Assembly: GCA_051313645.2 (NCBI GenBank)
Contig: JBNRSN020000017.1
Location: 13,764,001-13,828,000, forward strand
DNA from: Centroscyllium fabricii
Lineage: Eukaryota
Length of the DNA stretch: 64,000 nt
Direction: 5' to 3'
Shown: positions 23,087-36,312 of the stretch, piece by piece
Position numbering within the stretch: position 1 is the stretch's first letter
How the letters are laid out: each line of letters begins with the position of its first letter
Program-made: the position numbers and the translations under genes
The notes under the pieces: model-generated
What the model saw: the letters and a program-made list of their open reading frames with translations, nothing else
The model's database searches: none
Told to the model about the DNA's origin: nothing

Positions 23087-24300
23087 TTTTAAAAATTCGT
23101 TCACAGGATGTGGGCGTCGCTGGCAAGGCCAGCATTTATTGACCAACCCTAGTTGCCCTTGAGAAGGTGGTGCTGAGCCGCCTTCTTGAACCGCTGCAGT
23201 CCAAGTGGGGAAGGTACTCCCACAGTGCTGTTAGGTAGTATATTCCAGTATTTTGACCCAGCGAGGATGAAGGAACAGCGATATATTTCCAAGCCAGGAG
23301 GGTGAGTGACTTGGAGGGGAACTTGGAGGTGGTGGTGTTCCAATGCGCCTGCTGCCCTTGTCCTTCTAGGCGGTCGAGGTTACGGGTTTGTTGAAGAAGC
23401 CTTGGTGAGTTGCTGCGGTGCACCTTGTAGATGGTACACACTGTTGACACGGTGCGCTGGTGGTGGAGGGAGTGAAAATTTAAGGTGGTGCATAGGGTGC
23501 CAATCAAGCGGCTGCTTTGTCCTGGTTGGTGTTGAGCTTCTTGTTGGAGCTGCACTCATCCAGGCAAGTGGAGAATATTCCATCACACTCCTGATTTGTG
23601 CCTTGTAGATGGTGGAAAGGCTCTGGGAGTCAGAAGGTAAATCACTCGCCACATAATACCCAGCCTCTGACCTGCTCTTGTAGCCACAGTATTTATGTGG
23701 CTGGTCCAGTTAACTCACTGGTCAATGGTGACCGCCAGGATATTGATGGTGGGGGATTTGGTAATGCCATTGAATGTCACGGGGAGGTGGTTAGAATTTA
23801 TCTTGTTGGAGATGGTCATTGCCTGGCACTTGCATAGTGTGCATATTACTTGCCACTTACCAGCCCAAACCTGAATGTTGTCTAGGTCTTGCTGCTGGCA
23901 GGCACGGACTGCTTCATTATCTGAGGAGTTGCAAATGGAACTGAACACTGCAGTCATCAGTGAACATTCCCACTTCTGACCCTATGATGGAATGACGGTC
24001 ATTGATGAAACAGCTGAAGATGGTTGGGCCGAGGACACTGCCCTGAGGAACTCCTGCAGCAATGTCCTGGGGCTGAGATGGTTGGCCTCCAACAACCACA
24101 ACCATCTTCCTTTGTGCTAGGTATGACTCCAGCCAGTGGAGAGTCTTTCACCTGATTCCCATTGACTTCAATTTTACTAGGGTTCCTTGATGCCACACTC
24201 GGTCAAATGCTGCCTTGATTTCAAGGGCAGTCACTCTCACCTCAGCTCTGGAATTCAGCTTTTTTTGTCCATGTTTGGACCAAGGCTGTAATGAGGTCTG
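23087..24300 (-). mobile_element. Diverged 3' fragment of the same LINE family as 12383-20610
   Basis: GVPQGSVLGP..MFTDD, AWMSAAPT and the HHLLKGN terminus. Confidence 0.88.
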
Positions 24301-24319
24301 GGGCCGAAATTAAAACATT

Positions 24320-25153
24320 GGGCCAGAAATTCGGGTTTGCCGGTTGGTGTGCAACTAGGACTAACGAAGCCCAGCAACATCGGAGTTTTTTTTTTCTCAA
24401 AACTTGCGATTGGCTCCGCCCCCTTCGTTCGCAACGTGGCAGTCCAGCCACGTTACGTGCGAAGTGTAAGCCCCGCCCACAGATCCCAAATTTAAATAGA
24501 AAACGCCCACCAGATCCCTAATTTAAATGCCGAGATCCCGAGTCGGACCTTAGTGAGAGCAGGTAAGTGCGGAGCTGCATAACAAACTCGCGGGGAGCAG
24601 CGCGGGGGCACAGCAGCAGCTCAGAGGAAGAAACGGCAGGTAAGAGAAGCCATTTTTTCTCCGTAGATTTTTAAAATTTTTAAATTAGCTAGAGAGTTAA
24701 AAATTTCACAAATTTAACTTTAAAAATTAGCGATTTCAACCAGGTAAATTAACTTAAAATTGGATTTGTTAAATTTTTAAAAAAACTTTATCTTAAAAAT
24801 TTAACGTTACCGATCTGGCCACACTACTCCCAAAAACTGTAAAAAAATTAAATTAAAGTAAAAAAATTAACTTACCTTGCTTAAGAACGTTTCTCTCTAC
24901 CTCACCAACGAGTTACTCAAGCTTTTTTCAAGTGCATCTGTGGGCTCCGTTGCCCACAGAATCACTGAAAAAATGACCCTTTTTGACCCTTTTTGATTCG
25001 GAAGTTTTGGGTGCAACTCATTCCTGGGCATCATGCTGAGGGCCCTTTTCCCTCAGCATCGGAAGTTTTGGATCCGTGGGCATCTCGGATCCGTGGGCAT
25101 TTTTCGTGGGCATCGCCGTGGGCATCTGCTTTAGGTACCCGAATTTCTGGCCC
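24320..25153. mobile_element. Harbinger-type MITE
   Basis: TIRs GGGCCAGAAATTCGGG / CCCGAATTTCTGGCCC; 3-bp TSD ATT. Confidence 0.85.
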
Positions 25154-25940
25154 ATTATTACATAACCAATAATGAAATGGAGCTATTTTCAAGGAAGCCG
25201 AACTTTTGCAGAATTACAAAACCCAACCACAAGCAAAACCTGTTAAAAAGAATCATGATGTGCACTTGATAAAACCAACCACAAGCTCTTACAATAAGCT
25301 CTCCCACAACTGGTGCTCGTAAATGACTGTGTTGAGTCAAAACCTGTTGTTCATTTGTGTTTAATTATCTTCTGAAGAAGCCAGTTTTGTGGAGGCCAAA
25401 GATTAGTGCAGCCTTACTGACATCTTACAAAGAGGGGCGGAGGCCAAAGTGTCTAACAAATTTGTTTTCAACAATAGAAGTGGGAGTTTTTGAGGTCAGT
25501 TTACTCACGATTCTCAGCCTTGAAATTAACATCCAGTATTGTGCAACATTATTCTGGTAATAACACCATGCCATTGAACAGCATTGTTGATCAAGTGGAA
25601 AGTACTTCATGTGTGGGCATGATGTTATTACAGCCATTCGTTTTTATGGTTGTTACAGTATATTCATTTAATTAGACATGTTTATGAATTATTCATAAGC
25701 AAATGAACAACAGATGTCAGAGGATTTGGAATCAACTTAGTCTAAATTATTTATTTTTTGGGAATGTATTGCATTTGTTATACAAGGGAATGAACTGTAA
25801 ATAAGGCAAACAACATTAAATAGTTTAGTATTGTTAGGAACTTAAACAAATTGTTTAATGGATTCAATGCCTCATGCTGAGTTTTCAGAGCTTCACCATA
25901 AGTCCCGTTTCTTCATAATCCTTGCTATAATTTATAATCG

Positions 25941-26080
25941 CTCGATAGGGATCGAGGGATATGGGGACAAGGCAGGGACAGGGTACTGGGTTTAGATGAT
26001 CAGCCATGATCTCATTGAATGGCGGAGCGGGCTCGAAGGGCCGAATGGCCTACTCCTGCTCCTATCTTCTATGTTTCTAT
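25941..26080 (+). mobile_element. 5'-truncated HE1/CR1 tail
   Basis: GGGATCGAGGGATATGGGG...CTCCTGCTCCTATCTTCTATGTTTCTAT. Confidence 0.8.
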
Positions 26081-26837
26081 AATTTGATGTTGGATGTGGG
26101 CATAATGTTTCAGGGATTTAAAATATCACCCCGAACATAGGTTTGATGCAGCCCTAAAATTCAGACTTGGACAGAAGCAAGCTGTGCAGCCTTGAAAGAA
26201 TACAATGGAGAGAAGATGTAATAGAGACATATGAGATAGCAAATGGTATTGAAAAGGTAGATCAGGAGCATTATTTCATATTAAACTGGCAGTAGGAAAA
26301 GCGAGAAGTAGTTGTGAGGGCAGTAGCAGGTTTTGACGGTGTGAGTGCAAGCAGAGAAGAGATACAGTGAAGTGTTCCCTTGAGACTTGAGGCGTGCCAG
26401 TGGGCAGTAAAGAATTGAGATTGCTGAGGCTAAAGTGGACTTTGTGCAGAGTATGAGAGATGTGAAAGAGAGTCTTGCCTTGGTAGTCCTGGTCAGTTTG
26501 TTAATATATTTTTCTGCACTGCAGCCAGGCCCTGGAGATAATTCTGGTCACATTAGCATTTTCTGCTACCATTCCCTTTGCCCGTTGACTGATTTGTCTT
26601 GGCACCCACCGTACATCCATGCGGAAGAGTACCTCTTTCCTGCTGGGCACATGCTCAGTCAGCATCTTGTTGGGAAAATGCTCTGTAAATAGCCTGATAT
26701 GTTCTTAAAATGGAGTTTCAGCTTAAAAGGTGTCCAACAGAATGGAGTCAGTTGTCAAACTGAATGCTGAAAATCGAAACGACTTAAAATCGCGGCGAGG
26801 CTTACATAAACAGAACATTCTTTACCAATGATAAGAT

Positions 26838-26960
26838 GATGTGGAGGTGCCGGTGTTGGACCGGGGTGGACAATTGTAAGAAGTCACACAACACCAGGTT
26901 ATAGTCCAACAGTTTTATTTGAAATCACAAGCTTGAGCGCTGCTCCTTCCTCAGGCGAAG
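26838..26960 (-). mobile_element. Penelope-like terminal repeat fragment
   Basis: Reverse complement of 32488-32610; carries a degenerate CTGAGGA..GGAGC..GCTC hammerhead-like core. Confidence 0.6.
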
Positions 26961-27324
26961 TCAATGATAAGATGGCCTGCGAAGTACCATGATCAGAAAT
27001 AGTACATTCATGGGATACAAATATGTTAAGCCCAAAATGGTCCTGTGTAGGACACTTTGGTAAAGAAGAGCCTGAGAAGTCAAGAGTAAGGTTTACCAAA
27101 GGGTGCTTGGCACACCTCTCAGTAGATTCTCTCAGACCTCTATATTTATGGGGAGGGAGCGTGTTTGCGGGGCAGAATCCTGAAATTGGCGGGAATGCAG
27201 AGGTCCTGCCAAATTTATCAGGCCTGACTTCATTTTCATATTTTTACTTAATTTCCTGGCCAGGTTGATAGGCTGGCCGGGTGGGAAAGCCAGCGGTAGA
27301 AGGCCACTGCCGGGGGATGGTCCC

Positions 27325-27490
27325 NNNNNNNNNNNNNNNNNNNNNNNNNNNNNNNNNNNNNNNNNNNNNNNNNNNNNNNNNNNNNNNNNNNNNNNNNNNN
27401 NNNNNNNNNNNNNNNNNNNNNNNNNNNNNNNNNNNNNNNNNNNNNNNNNNNNNNNNNNNNNNNNNNNNNNNNNNNNNNNNNNNNNNNNNN
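27325..27490. other. Assembly gap
   Basis: Run of N. Confidence 1.
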
Positions 27491-27601
27491 GTGAGCACTC
27501 CTGCTCCCCCTGGCCCCCAAACAGTGCTCTAAAGCAGTTTCCCGACCCCTAGGAAATCCGTGCAGGAGGCGTTAAATTCGAATTGCTGCAAACATTTCCG
27601 G

Positions 27602-27927
27602 AACATAGAAAAAAACACAGAAGATAGGAGCAGGAGTCGGCCATTCGGCCCTTCGAGCCTGCTCCGCCATTCAATGAGATCATGGCTGATCATCCAAACC
27701 CAGTACCCTGCCCCTGCCCTCTCCCCATATCCCTCGATCCCTATCGAGCCTCCATCGACACATATCCCACCCTATCCCCGTAACCCCACATATTTAATCC
27801 CCCTAACACTAAGGGTCAATTTATCCTGGCCAATCAACCTAACCCGCACATCTTTGGACTGTGGGAGGAAACCGGAGCACCCGGAGGAAACCCACGCAGA
27901 CACGGGGAGAATGTGCAAACTCCACAC
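27602..27927 (-). mobile_element. HE1-type V-SINE, 5'-truncated
   Basis: Reverse complement of the V-domain and CR1-type tail. Confidence 0.88.
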
Positions 27928-28239
27928 GGCGCCTCATTTGAATATTCTAATCACGGACCTGCCTCTCCAGATGGGGTTACTCAGGCACCCCGAAACCCAT
28001 TGTGGTAAAATTGGAAGGAGGTGGATTCGCAGCGGTTGGGTTGGTTTTTGCAAATTTGATGATTTAACACCCCCCAACCCTCTCCCACCCATTGTGGAGG
28101 GAGGGTTAAAATTGCCCCCTCTCACTTTAGGAAGTTCCTCCCTCACCCCGAAGGCTTTCAAAACGAGTTCCAGCAGCTCAGAGACCATGAGATACGTACC
28201 CAACATCTGGCCTACCTTTGTGCACAGTGATATTAGCCA

Positions 28240-29045
28240 CAGCAAGGAACTCATCCAGCTCCTTTTTGAACTGCTGTCGTGAATCCACACTCACCCCATG
28301 ACCCAGTAACCTGTTCCAAATGTTGACAACCCTTTGTGTAAAGAAAAGTCTCCTGATAGCTAACTTAGTCCGATGCTTGCACAACCCCTCATTTGCCCGA
28401 AGCGATCTAGTTCAAATAGTATGTCCACAAAGAGACAATCTAGTCCCTGCATCATTTTAAACAGTTCAGTTAACTCTTCCCAAAGCCTAAACATTTCTAG
28501 AGTATAATGATCCAGTTCTCTAAATCCACAGCGATAACTACGGCCTTTTAAACTCTGGATCATTCTAGTGGCCCTTCCTTGAACCTATTTCAGGGGCTCT
28601 AAGTCTAAGTCACCCACCTTGTGAGGGGCAAAAACTGAACAAACTATTCCAGATGAGGCCTAACTAAATTCTTGTACAAGGACACTAAATTATTTTAGTT
28701 GCATACTGATTTCTCCTTGCTGTGCACCCTGGTACACTATTTCCTTTATCAATAGCATCACGGCACTTGTCATGCACCTTCAGAAACGCATGTACTATCA
28801 CGCCTATGTCACATTCCCGCTGAACAGACTTCAATTCCGTATCAAGCATGCATACAGGCTTGGTAATAGCCCTATTCATATGCATGACACTGCATTTAGC
28901 TACATTAAATGACATCTGCCAGAGGCATGCCTGTGCCCCCATCGTGGCGAGATCAGATTGTAGTCTTTTATTCTCAACTAGGGCCCTAACACTAGCACAG
29001 ATTGCCGTGTCATCTGTGAACTTATGGATAGTACCCAAAGACAAG
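28240..29045 (-). mobile_element. Degraded CR1 LINE ORF2 fragment
   Basis: KFTDDT..LQSDL..WQMSFNVAKC (28685-29044) and FFTQRVVNIWN (28178-28384). Confidence 0.8.
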
Positions 29046-30070
29046 TTCTAATGATTGAATTAAGTGAATCAGATCATAATTGCTCAATGTTCACTCACTA
29101 TGAAATAAAACAGCTTACTGATTCATTCTTAAGCCTCATCTCAGCAAGTGCTTGCTTGGTCTGTCTTCAGAAAGATTGAAGTTGGAAAGATGTGAATTTC
29201 TGGTTCAGGCCACAAAGAAGTATTGATATTTCACTTCTGTGTTACACGACACAAGTAGAAATAGGGTAGTGTGAGTTAACTCCAGTGAATAGACCATTTA
29301 CTGACTGATACCACTGAACCCGAGAAGGAATCTACTGTAGACCTGAATTTGTAATGGATCATTGAGTTGATAGTCACCACAAACTTAATTTTTTTGTCTG
29401 ATAGCACGGGTTTTGGATTTGAGATGATGTAGGAGAATTCTGGAATGTGGGCTGAAAGTTGCCTCAGTATCTTGCCTGGTGAGATCTTTATTTTCAACTA
29501 AGGCAGAGAGGAACTACACCACCTTCATTGAGTATCTAAAGAAGGATCCGTATTGATAAATAAAACAGTTGTTTTTTGTGAATTTAACTATTATTTTTAT
29601 GTCTGAATATATGAAAGTTTATGCAATTATTATTGTAACATTTCTTTAAAATGTAGATTCCATGTAATTCAAGTTCTAATAAAATATTATGAAGAATATA
29701 TACTTGGGAGATAATGTGACCTCTGAAATTGAACTACAAGCATATATCACTACCAGATATTATTTGCTGATAATTATAATAGTTCGTTATCACTCAGTAG
29801 ATTTTTTAGTGCTTACCTCATCAATTATTAGTCTTTCAATGTGGTCACCATTGCACATTAATGGGATGAAGCAGCACATCTGCTGTGAGAGCATTGCTGG
29901 CAAAGAAATGGATTAAACATAAGTGGTGTGAGCATCATGATACAGATTACATTAAATTAAATAAACCTTTAAGTGATTTTGAGGCTATCATCTCATCTCA
30001 AGTCATTCACCTACTCTTTAATCTATGCTCTTGTGGTTTATGACGTCATTTGAATCCCTGGATAAGATTA

Positions 30071-30601
30071 CAGGTTGATCACCGTTAATCCGTGTCCCGA
30101 ATAGCCGGCAGCTTCAGTCTGCCGGCACAAATTGCCCTGACTGCACTGCGCATGCGCAAAATGGCAGCCCCCATCGTGGCTTCAGCGAATGATCTGCGCA
30201 TGCGCCGAGCGCATGCGCAGATCATTCAAAACAGCGGCGGGTGTTTTGAATGATCTGCGCATGCGTCACCGGACGGTTAGCGCATGCGCAGATAATTCAA
30301 TACGGCGGCCGGTTATTTTCCCGACAGCTGAGCCCCGTGACTGAGGCGGACAGTCACTAGGCACCAGCTGTCAGCCTGAGTCCGGCTCGGCGGCAGCAGC
30401 AACCCGAAAGGCGATGGAGAGGGAACGCGGACCCGTGCCCGATCTGCGCATGCGCGCGCCAGCCAATCGCAATGCTGCGCGCATGCGCGCGGCCATTTTG
30501 ACTGGCGCGCATGCGCAGTGTCCAAACTCGTTCTCCCGGTTTTTTCCATTTCCCGGCACGGGCCTGGTCCCGCCCGTGCCCGATTAACGCTGCTCAACCT
30601 G
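30071..30601. mobile_element. Tc1/mariner (Tigger/pogo-like) MITE rich in GCGCATGCG motifs
   Basis: TA|CAGGTTGA...TCAACCTG|TA; imperfect TIR extends via GTTAATC/GATTAAC. Confidence 0.8.
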
Positions 30602-31286
30602 TACCTCAATAATCATTCTCAAGTATCCATTATTTTACATTTATTGCAACAAATTAAACAACAAACAAAAATGACCAGGAAGAGGCACTTGTACCAAGTC
30701 CAGTTTAACAAAGATAAATGGTACTGGGATTAGGCCAGTAAATATTTAAATAATTAGCCTTGGAGAGTTCTGCGGATCCAATGTGACTAATCAATGACAT
30801 AAAAGCCCTAAGAGAGCTTAATAGTTTAACAATTCATTAAAACATGTTTGAAGAAGGAGGTGAGGACACTGAAGATGACTGTTTTACTGGCAACTTTGCA
30901 TTTTCAAACAAGAAAGCAATGAACTATACCAATCTCTCTAATATATAAAGCAAGATCTGGACTGATAAATGGAAATATAACATTTAGTTTGTGCTTTTTA
31001 AATACTTGTTTTGATTTTTATAAAAACAAATCAAGAAAGTTTACAAAAATCATTTTTTTTGTAATATTTCACCGAAACATATTCTCTCAGGGCCCATGTG
31101 GCCTGTCAGATGCCGCATAGTGATGGATTATTATGATTAGATCCAGCCAACCAACCCTCCTCCTTGAGGTCGTGCAGATATCTGTCAATATGGACTACAG
31201 AGAGGAAATAGAATGACCTACAATTGCTTGGCTTTTCAGGCTCTATGCTGACATAGCAGCATTTTCTACTATGTAGCTGGAGAAAA

Positions 31287-31508
31287 TGTGGAGTTTGCAC
31301 ATTCTCCCCGTGTCTGCGTGGGTTTCCTCCCACAGTCGAAGGATGTGCGGGTTAGGTTGATTGGCCAGGATAAATGGACCCTTAGTGTTAGGGGGATTAA
31401 ATGTGTGGGGGTTACGGGGATAGGGTGGGATATGTGTCGGTGCAGGCTCGATGGGCCGAAATGGCCTCTATCTGCACTGTAGGGATTCTATGGTTCTATG
31501 ATTCTATG
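31287..31508 (+). mobile_element. HE1-type V-SINE, 5'-truncated, short tail
   Basis: V-domain plus (TTCTATG)-type tail. Confidence 0.85.
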
Positions 31509-31720
31509 CAAGTCAGTCTACATTTGGACAGACAATGGGGGTAATTTGACTTCGAGCGACAGTGTAAAGCGACTGATATCGGATCAAAGACCCGTTATAC
31601 ATCTCGCCCTGAAAATCGGGAGAGATGTACAACAGGCGGCTGATTCAATTCAATTCAATTCAAATTGCTTTATTGGCATGACAAGATACATCCTATGTTG
31701 CCAAAGCACAAAAAAGAACA

Positions 31721-31990
31721 TATACAGTTGGACATACAAATGCATAATTAGACGTATTGAATGAATAACTATGCATACACATACACATAAAAACCCGCAT
31801 ATAGATCTAATACAGTTGGACATACAAATGCATAACCAGACGTATTGAATGAATAACTCTGCATACACATACACATAAAAACCCGCAGATAGATCTAAAA
31901 AGAACATATACAATTGGACATACAAATGCATAACCAGACGTATTGAATGAATAGCTACGCACGCACATACATATATACCCGCATATAGAG
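31721..31990. repeat. Three tandem ~90-97 bp units
   Basis: TACAGTTGGACATACAAATGCATAA..AGACGTATTGAATGAATA repeated at ~31723, 31811, 31909. Confidence 0.9.
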
Positions 31991-32487
31991 CTTGTATGCT
32001 CTTCCTAGCTTCAATGGTCACTGGTTGTCCCTCTGCTTATGGTAAGCTGTGACGTAGTTTGCCGCTAATTTTATACAGTCCCTCTGTTTATTGGGTTTAT
32101 GTCACGCTACATGTGACCCCGCCTGGCGTAGAGTCATCCAGACTTGAACCATCTTCGGCTTGCTCTGCGATTTTAAGTAAGAAAAATCATGGTTTAAAAA
32201 AAAATCATGATGTGGGATTTAAAGCAGACTAACATTTGACCCTTGGTGACTGGAACCTTTGATATGTTGGAAAGTCTGTGACTGCTTTGATGTCCCTCAG
32301 CTGAGGTGTGATGTGAAACAACTGGAGAGACCACATTGTTATCTCTCTCTATATGTGCTATGCTTAAATGTAACACTTAAAATATGTTAATAAGCTTTTA
32401 TGTGTCTGTCTCTACGGAGGTGAGATGGGGGGGATATCAGATTTCTCTCCTCATCGCACATGTGCATTCTTTAAGTCAGTCTCTTTT

Positions 32488-32610
32488 TCACCTGAGGAAG
32501 GAGCAGAAGCTCCAAAAGCTTGTGATTTAAAATAAAACCGTTGGACTATAATCTGGTGTTGTGTGACTTCTTGCATTTGTCCACCCCAGTCCAACACCGG
32601 CACCTCCACA
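32488..32610 (+). mobile_element. Penelope-like terminal repeat fragment with degenerate hammerhead motif
   Basis: CCTGAGGAAGGAGCAGAAGCTCCAAAAGC; homologous to 26838-26960 and partly to ~33997-34036. Confidence 0.6.
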
Positions 32611-33389
32611 TTATGTTCCCCCAATAGGTATGGGAGTTTTTGGTGGTCGTTCAAATTTTTGAATTCAGGGCATGTTGTTGCAAATTTTGGGAAGAAATTT
32701 CCCCTTATTCCCTGATAGTTTTCTATTGATTTGCTATTTGCTGTTTTACACAATTGCCCAAAGTCAAAATTCCCCCCAATATCTCAGCAGTCTATTACAC
32801 CAACAAGCAGAGAAAGGGAAACTCATGCCCATTGATTGTATTGGGATAACCTATGGATGACACTGTGGTGTCTGGTCCTGTGAAAATGACTTGGCACATT
32901 ACTTGATCAGAGTGGATAACTCAAGGGCGATCCCCTCAATTGCCTTATCATTCTTCCCATGATTGAAAGATCTGTTCTCACGAGACTCAAAGAATATTCT
33001 GCAAATGGGGGTCACCAGGGAAGTCTTTGCATCCCTAGACAATCTTCAGCTGTTAGTCATGCTGTGGGATTGGAGGCACGTCTGTGTGGAAGTGGGATGG
33101 CTGTCTTTTCCTGGACACACATTTTTCCACCTGATTCCTCTCTTTTCCTAAACCTCTAGGTAGTACAAACAGACTACATATGGACCAGGCAGAACTCCTT
33201 CCGATCACCTTGCACTGACGTGGTTCTTGATGTTCTTGGCAATAAGCCAAATCTCTGTTTCTCTATCCGTTTAATAAGGCCCTCCTTGGCTGGGGGAGTC
33301 CAGTTTAGTGTTCAGGTTTAGTATGGTAACTGGCAGGAATTAAAAGAGTGGTGTGTGTCCATGTCTAACCTCTCTGCTATGTGGGGTTC

Positions 33390-33670
33390 TGACGTATCGT
33401 CAATAATACAAAGACGAGTAGTTACCTTAACTATAGGCTTTTAATAACTTAAAGATGGAGCTAGTCTCCAGTTGAACATCGAGTACAGAATGAATGGGGG
33501 CAGGGCAGACCTCACCTATAAGGCTCTCACCTGAGAGGAGGAGTCAGAGGTGTGGCTGACCTGACCTCACGACAGTGTTCTATACAATACCATATACAGT
33601 ACACCCAGCCACTATACATGCTGGTCTGTGGTGTAACCCAACTATATACAATGGTAATATGATTACTACA
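33390..33670 (-). mobile_element. Solo LTR
   Basis: TG...CA, 5-bp TSD GGTTC. Confidence 0.92.
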
Positions 33671-33695
33671 GGTTCATTACATTTTAGAGTACCTG

Positions 33696-34520
33696 GGGGG
33701 GATTTTCATGTCCCCGTGAGGCGGGGTTTTCGGCGGCCCGGCCGGCAAAATAGCGGAACCGGCAGGTCCCGCCCCTCCCCACTGTATCCCCGCCGCTTTC
33801 TCATTTTCGCCCGCCCAGATTCCCCACCCCAAAATCTTCCCGCCGCTGACCTGCGGGGATGGGTTGTCACCTCATTAAGGGCCCTTAATTGGCATCTTTA
33901 ATGCCATTTTAAGGGCCCTCAGCCATTTTGCCCTGTTTGCCGCCCTAACCCCGCCACCCTAAACCCCGCTGGGTTTGAGCACAGCGCTGGTTATTACTGT
34001 TGGACGATAACCTGGTGTTGTGTGACTTCTTGCATTTATAACTTTCTCCTTCAAGGTGTGAAGGACATACTGCCAAATGCTTGGCATGCCTCCAGCACCT
34101 TAGAGGAGTAAGTTACTACGTTCTGTCTGCAGCAGCAGCTGTGAGCAGAAACTGAGAAATCTCAGTTCTGCACAGCTCCTGACAGCCGCTGCGAGTTGTG
34201 AGGGATTCTGAGCCCGCCTGCCCACCTGTCAGTTACCAGCACTTGGCCTTTCTCATTGGCTGGACTCCACTGTGATGTCACAGTGGAGTGTTTCCATGGG
34301 AACTGACAACAACCAGTGCTGGAACTGTCAATCAAACTGCTCGCAGTCCCGCTGCAGCCCGACTATTGACCTAATTACCTCCCACTGCCGCCAACGGGGA
34401 TTTAACAACCTAATTAAACTAAAATTGCGTGGCCTTCCCAGCTGTTTGGGCGGGCGGGGCCGGAGGCAGCCCAGACCAATCCCTGCCAGGTTCCCGCCCT
34501 TCTGGCAAAATCCCCCCCCC
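33696..34520. mobile_element. Harbinger-derived MITE
   Basis: GGGGGGATTTTCATGTCCCCGT end shared with the left end of the autonomous element at 45578; inverted copy at 44393-45168. Confidence 0.8.
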
Positions 34521-34663
34521 CCCACTGTGTGGTAATCCAAAGGTGGGTCCCTACCCCAAGTCCCACCCCATCACTCTCGTCTCCCACCCCACAAATACTG
34601 ACAGCCCCTATCGCCTGAATCAGTATTATTTTATTTTAACTTCTGTCTCAATGCCAATGTTAA

Positions 34664-35437
34664 GGCCCTGTCACACCTTGACGTTTTAGCCAGCGTATGC
34701 AAATTTGGCGAAAACGCTGGTTTACGTCAGATACGTTATGGGTAAGTTTTGTGTACGTTAAGAGCACGCTGGCATACGCTGGCCATAAGTTGCATACGTC
34801 CTTGTACTCCGAGTAAGTCGAGAAATTTTGAGCATGCACAAAATTTCTCGACGTATCCAGCGTATGACTCACACGTTTCGCATACGCTGGCCATAAGTTG
34901 TAGGCACGTTAGGCGATCGTTGACACACGTCGACACACGTTACTTGTAAGTTAGTCATAAGTCAAAATACGTCGAGATAATGTCTAGCGTACCCGGAACT
35001 TATTTCTAACCTATGAGTAACGTGCTTTGAACCTATGTGTAACGTATCTCCAACGCATATTGACGTATATGACGTCTTCCGGACGACCACAGAACTTATG
35101 CCCCTGTCACACCTTGACGATTTAGCTAGCGTATGCCGACGTATCAAAATTTATCTAAAACGTCGGCGATACGCTGCCGCGCGCTATGCATAAGTTAGAC
35201 TATCGTTGGGCATAAGTTGTGAACGCCGACAACACGCTAAGCATTCGTTGGTATAAGTTATCTGTAAGTTATCGATACGTTCTGTGTACGTTACTAATAC
35301 GTTATGCATACGTCCAACTCGTTATGAATACGCTATTATACGCCCAAAACTGAAAAAAAACATCGATAGTTCAGCGAACGCCAGCGTTTTAGCCAAATTT
35401 GCATACGCTGGCTAAAACGTCAGGGTGTGACAGGGCC
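34664..35437. mobile_element. CpG-rich MITE with ~55-bp TIRs (PIF/Harbinger-like)
   Basis: GGCCCTGTCACACCTTGACGTTTTAGCCAGCGTATGCAAATTTGGC..AAACGCTGG and its near-perfect inverse at the right end; internal TIR copy at ~35102. Confidence 0.85.
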
Positions 35438-35668
35438 TTCAGATCTTCATTTCAAAAACAAGTTTTTAAGCATTCTGTGGTCTGAGCAAATTAATTTCTG
35501 GTTCCTTTGATGTAATCCTACCAACCCACTTGCTTTGCATTAGGCTGAATTAATCAGATTAGATCAAATGAGACTGGAAAAAAAGAGATGATACTTTCTG
35601 CAATGAAATCTTTATCTGAATATCAATATTCAATGAACTTTAGCTCAATTAATAGTGCTGCACACATT

Positions 35669-36278
35669 GGCCCAAAAATTAGCCTCGGAGCCTTGCCGCG
35701 GGTGCAAGCTTCAAACCTACACTTACGGAGCGCACCTGCCGTTGTTCTCTTCTGGGATTTGAAATCCCGATTCTCTGGCCTGCTCCAAGCTCCACGCGCC
35801 GTGCTGAGGCAACTCAGTGGCATAGTTAGTGGGCAAGCTCCGCGCGGGACCACGTGGTCTGCGGGGAGCCAATCACTAACAAGGATCCTCCATTCATAAC
35901 TTTGACAGACAGATGTCAAAGTTATGAAATGCAAGCGCCCCAAAAACACAGTAAACAATAAAATAAAATTTTAAAAAGCACCACATTTTTTAACATTACT
36001 ATCACTAACAAATGACCTATTTTAAACAAAAAATAAAAATGTTGAAAAAATATTTTATGTTTTTAACTGGGCTAAAAAACTACTTAACTTTGTTTAAATT
36101 ATTTAAAAATAAAAAACCTGTGAAAGAAATACATAAATTGAATAAAATAGAGACTTATCTGCTAAAAATGGGTAGTTACGGCTGATATTCCGATACTTAC
36201 CCCGATAAAAAACTTGCCCAAAAATCGGAATTGCACTGCGTACCTCCTGGGGCTCTTGACCACCGCCCCCCCGCCCCC

Positions 36279-36312
<34 letters not shown>

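Larger units (their letters stand above)
31644..32715 (-). mobile_element. Non-LTR retrotransposon 3' remnant (RTEX-like)
   Basis: (TTGAA)n tail with AATAAA on the minus strand at ~31644-31675; C-terminal peptide YQGIRGNFFPKF..F..LNDHQKLPYLLGE at ~32614-32715; linkage of the two parts is inferred. Confidence 0.5.

Noticed and set aside
27244-27552. ORFs spanning N runs (also 63660-63986)
   Set aside because: Artefacts of assembly gaps.
31721-31990. CRISPR-like array
   Set aside because: Units are contiguous tandem repeats without unique spacers; eukaryotic context.
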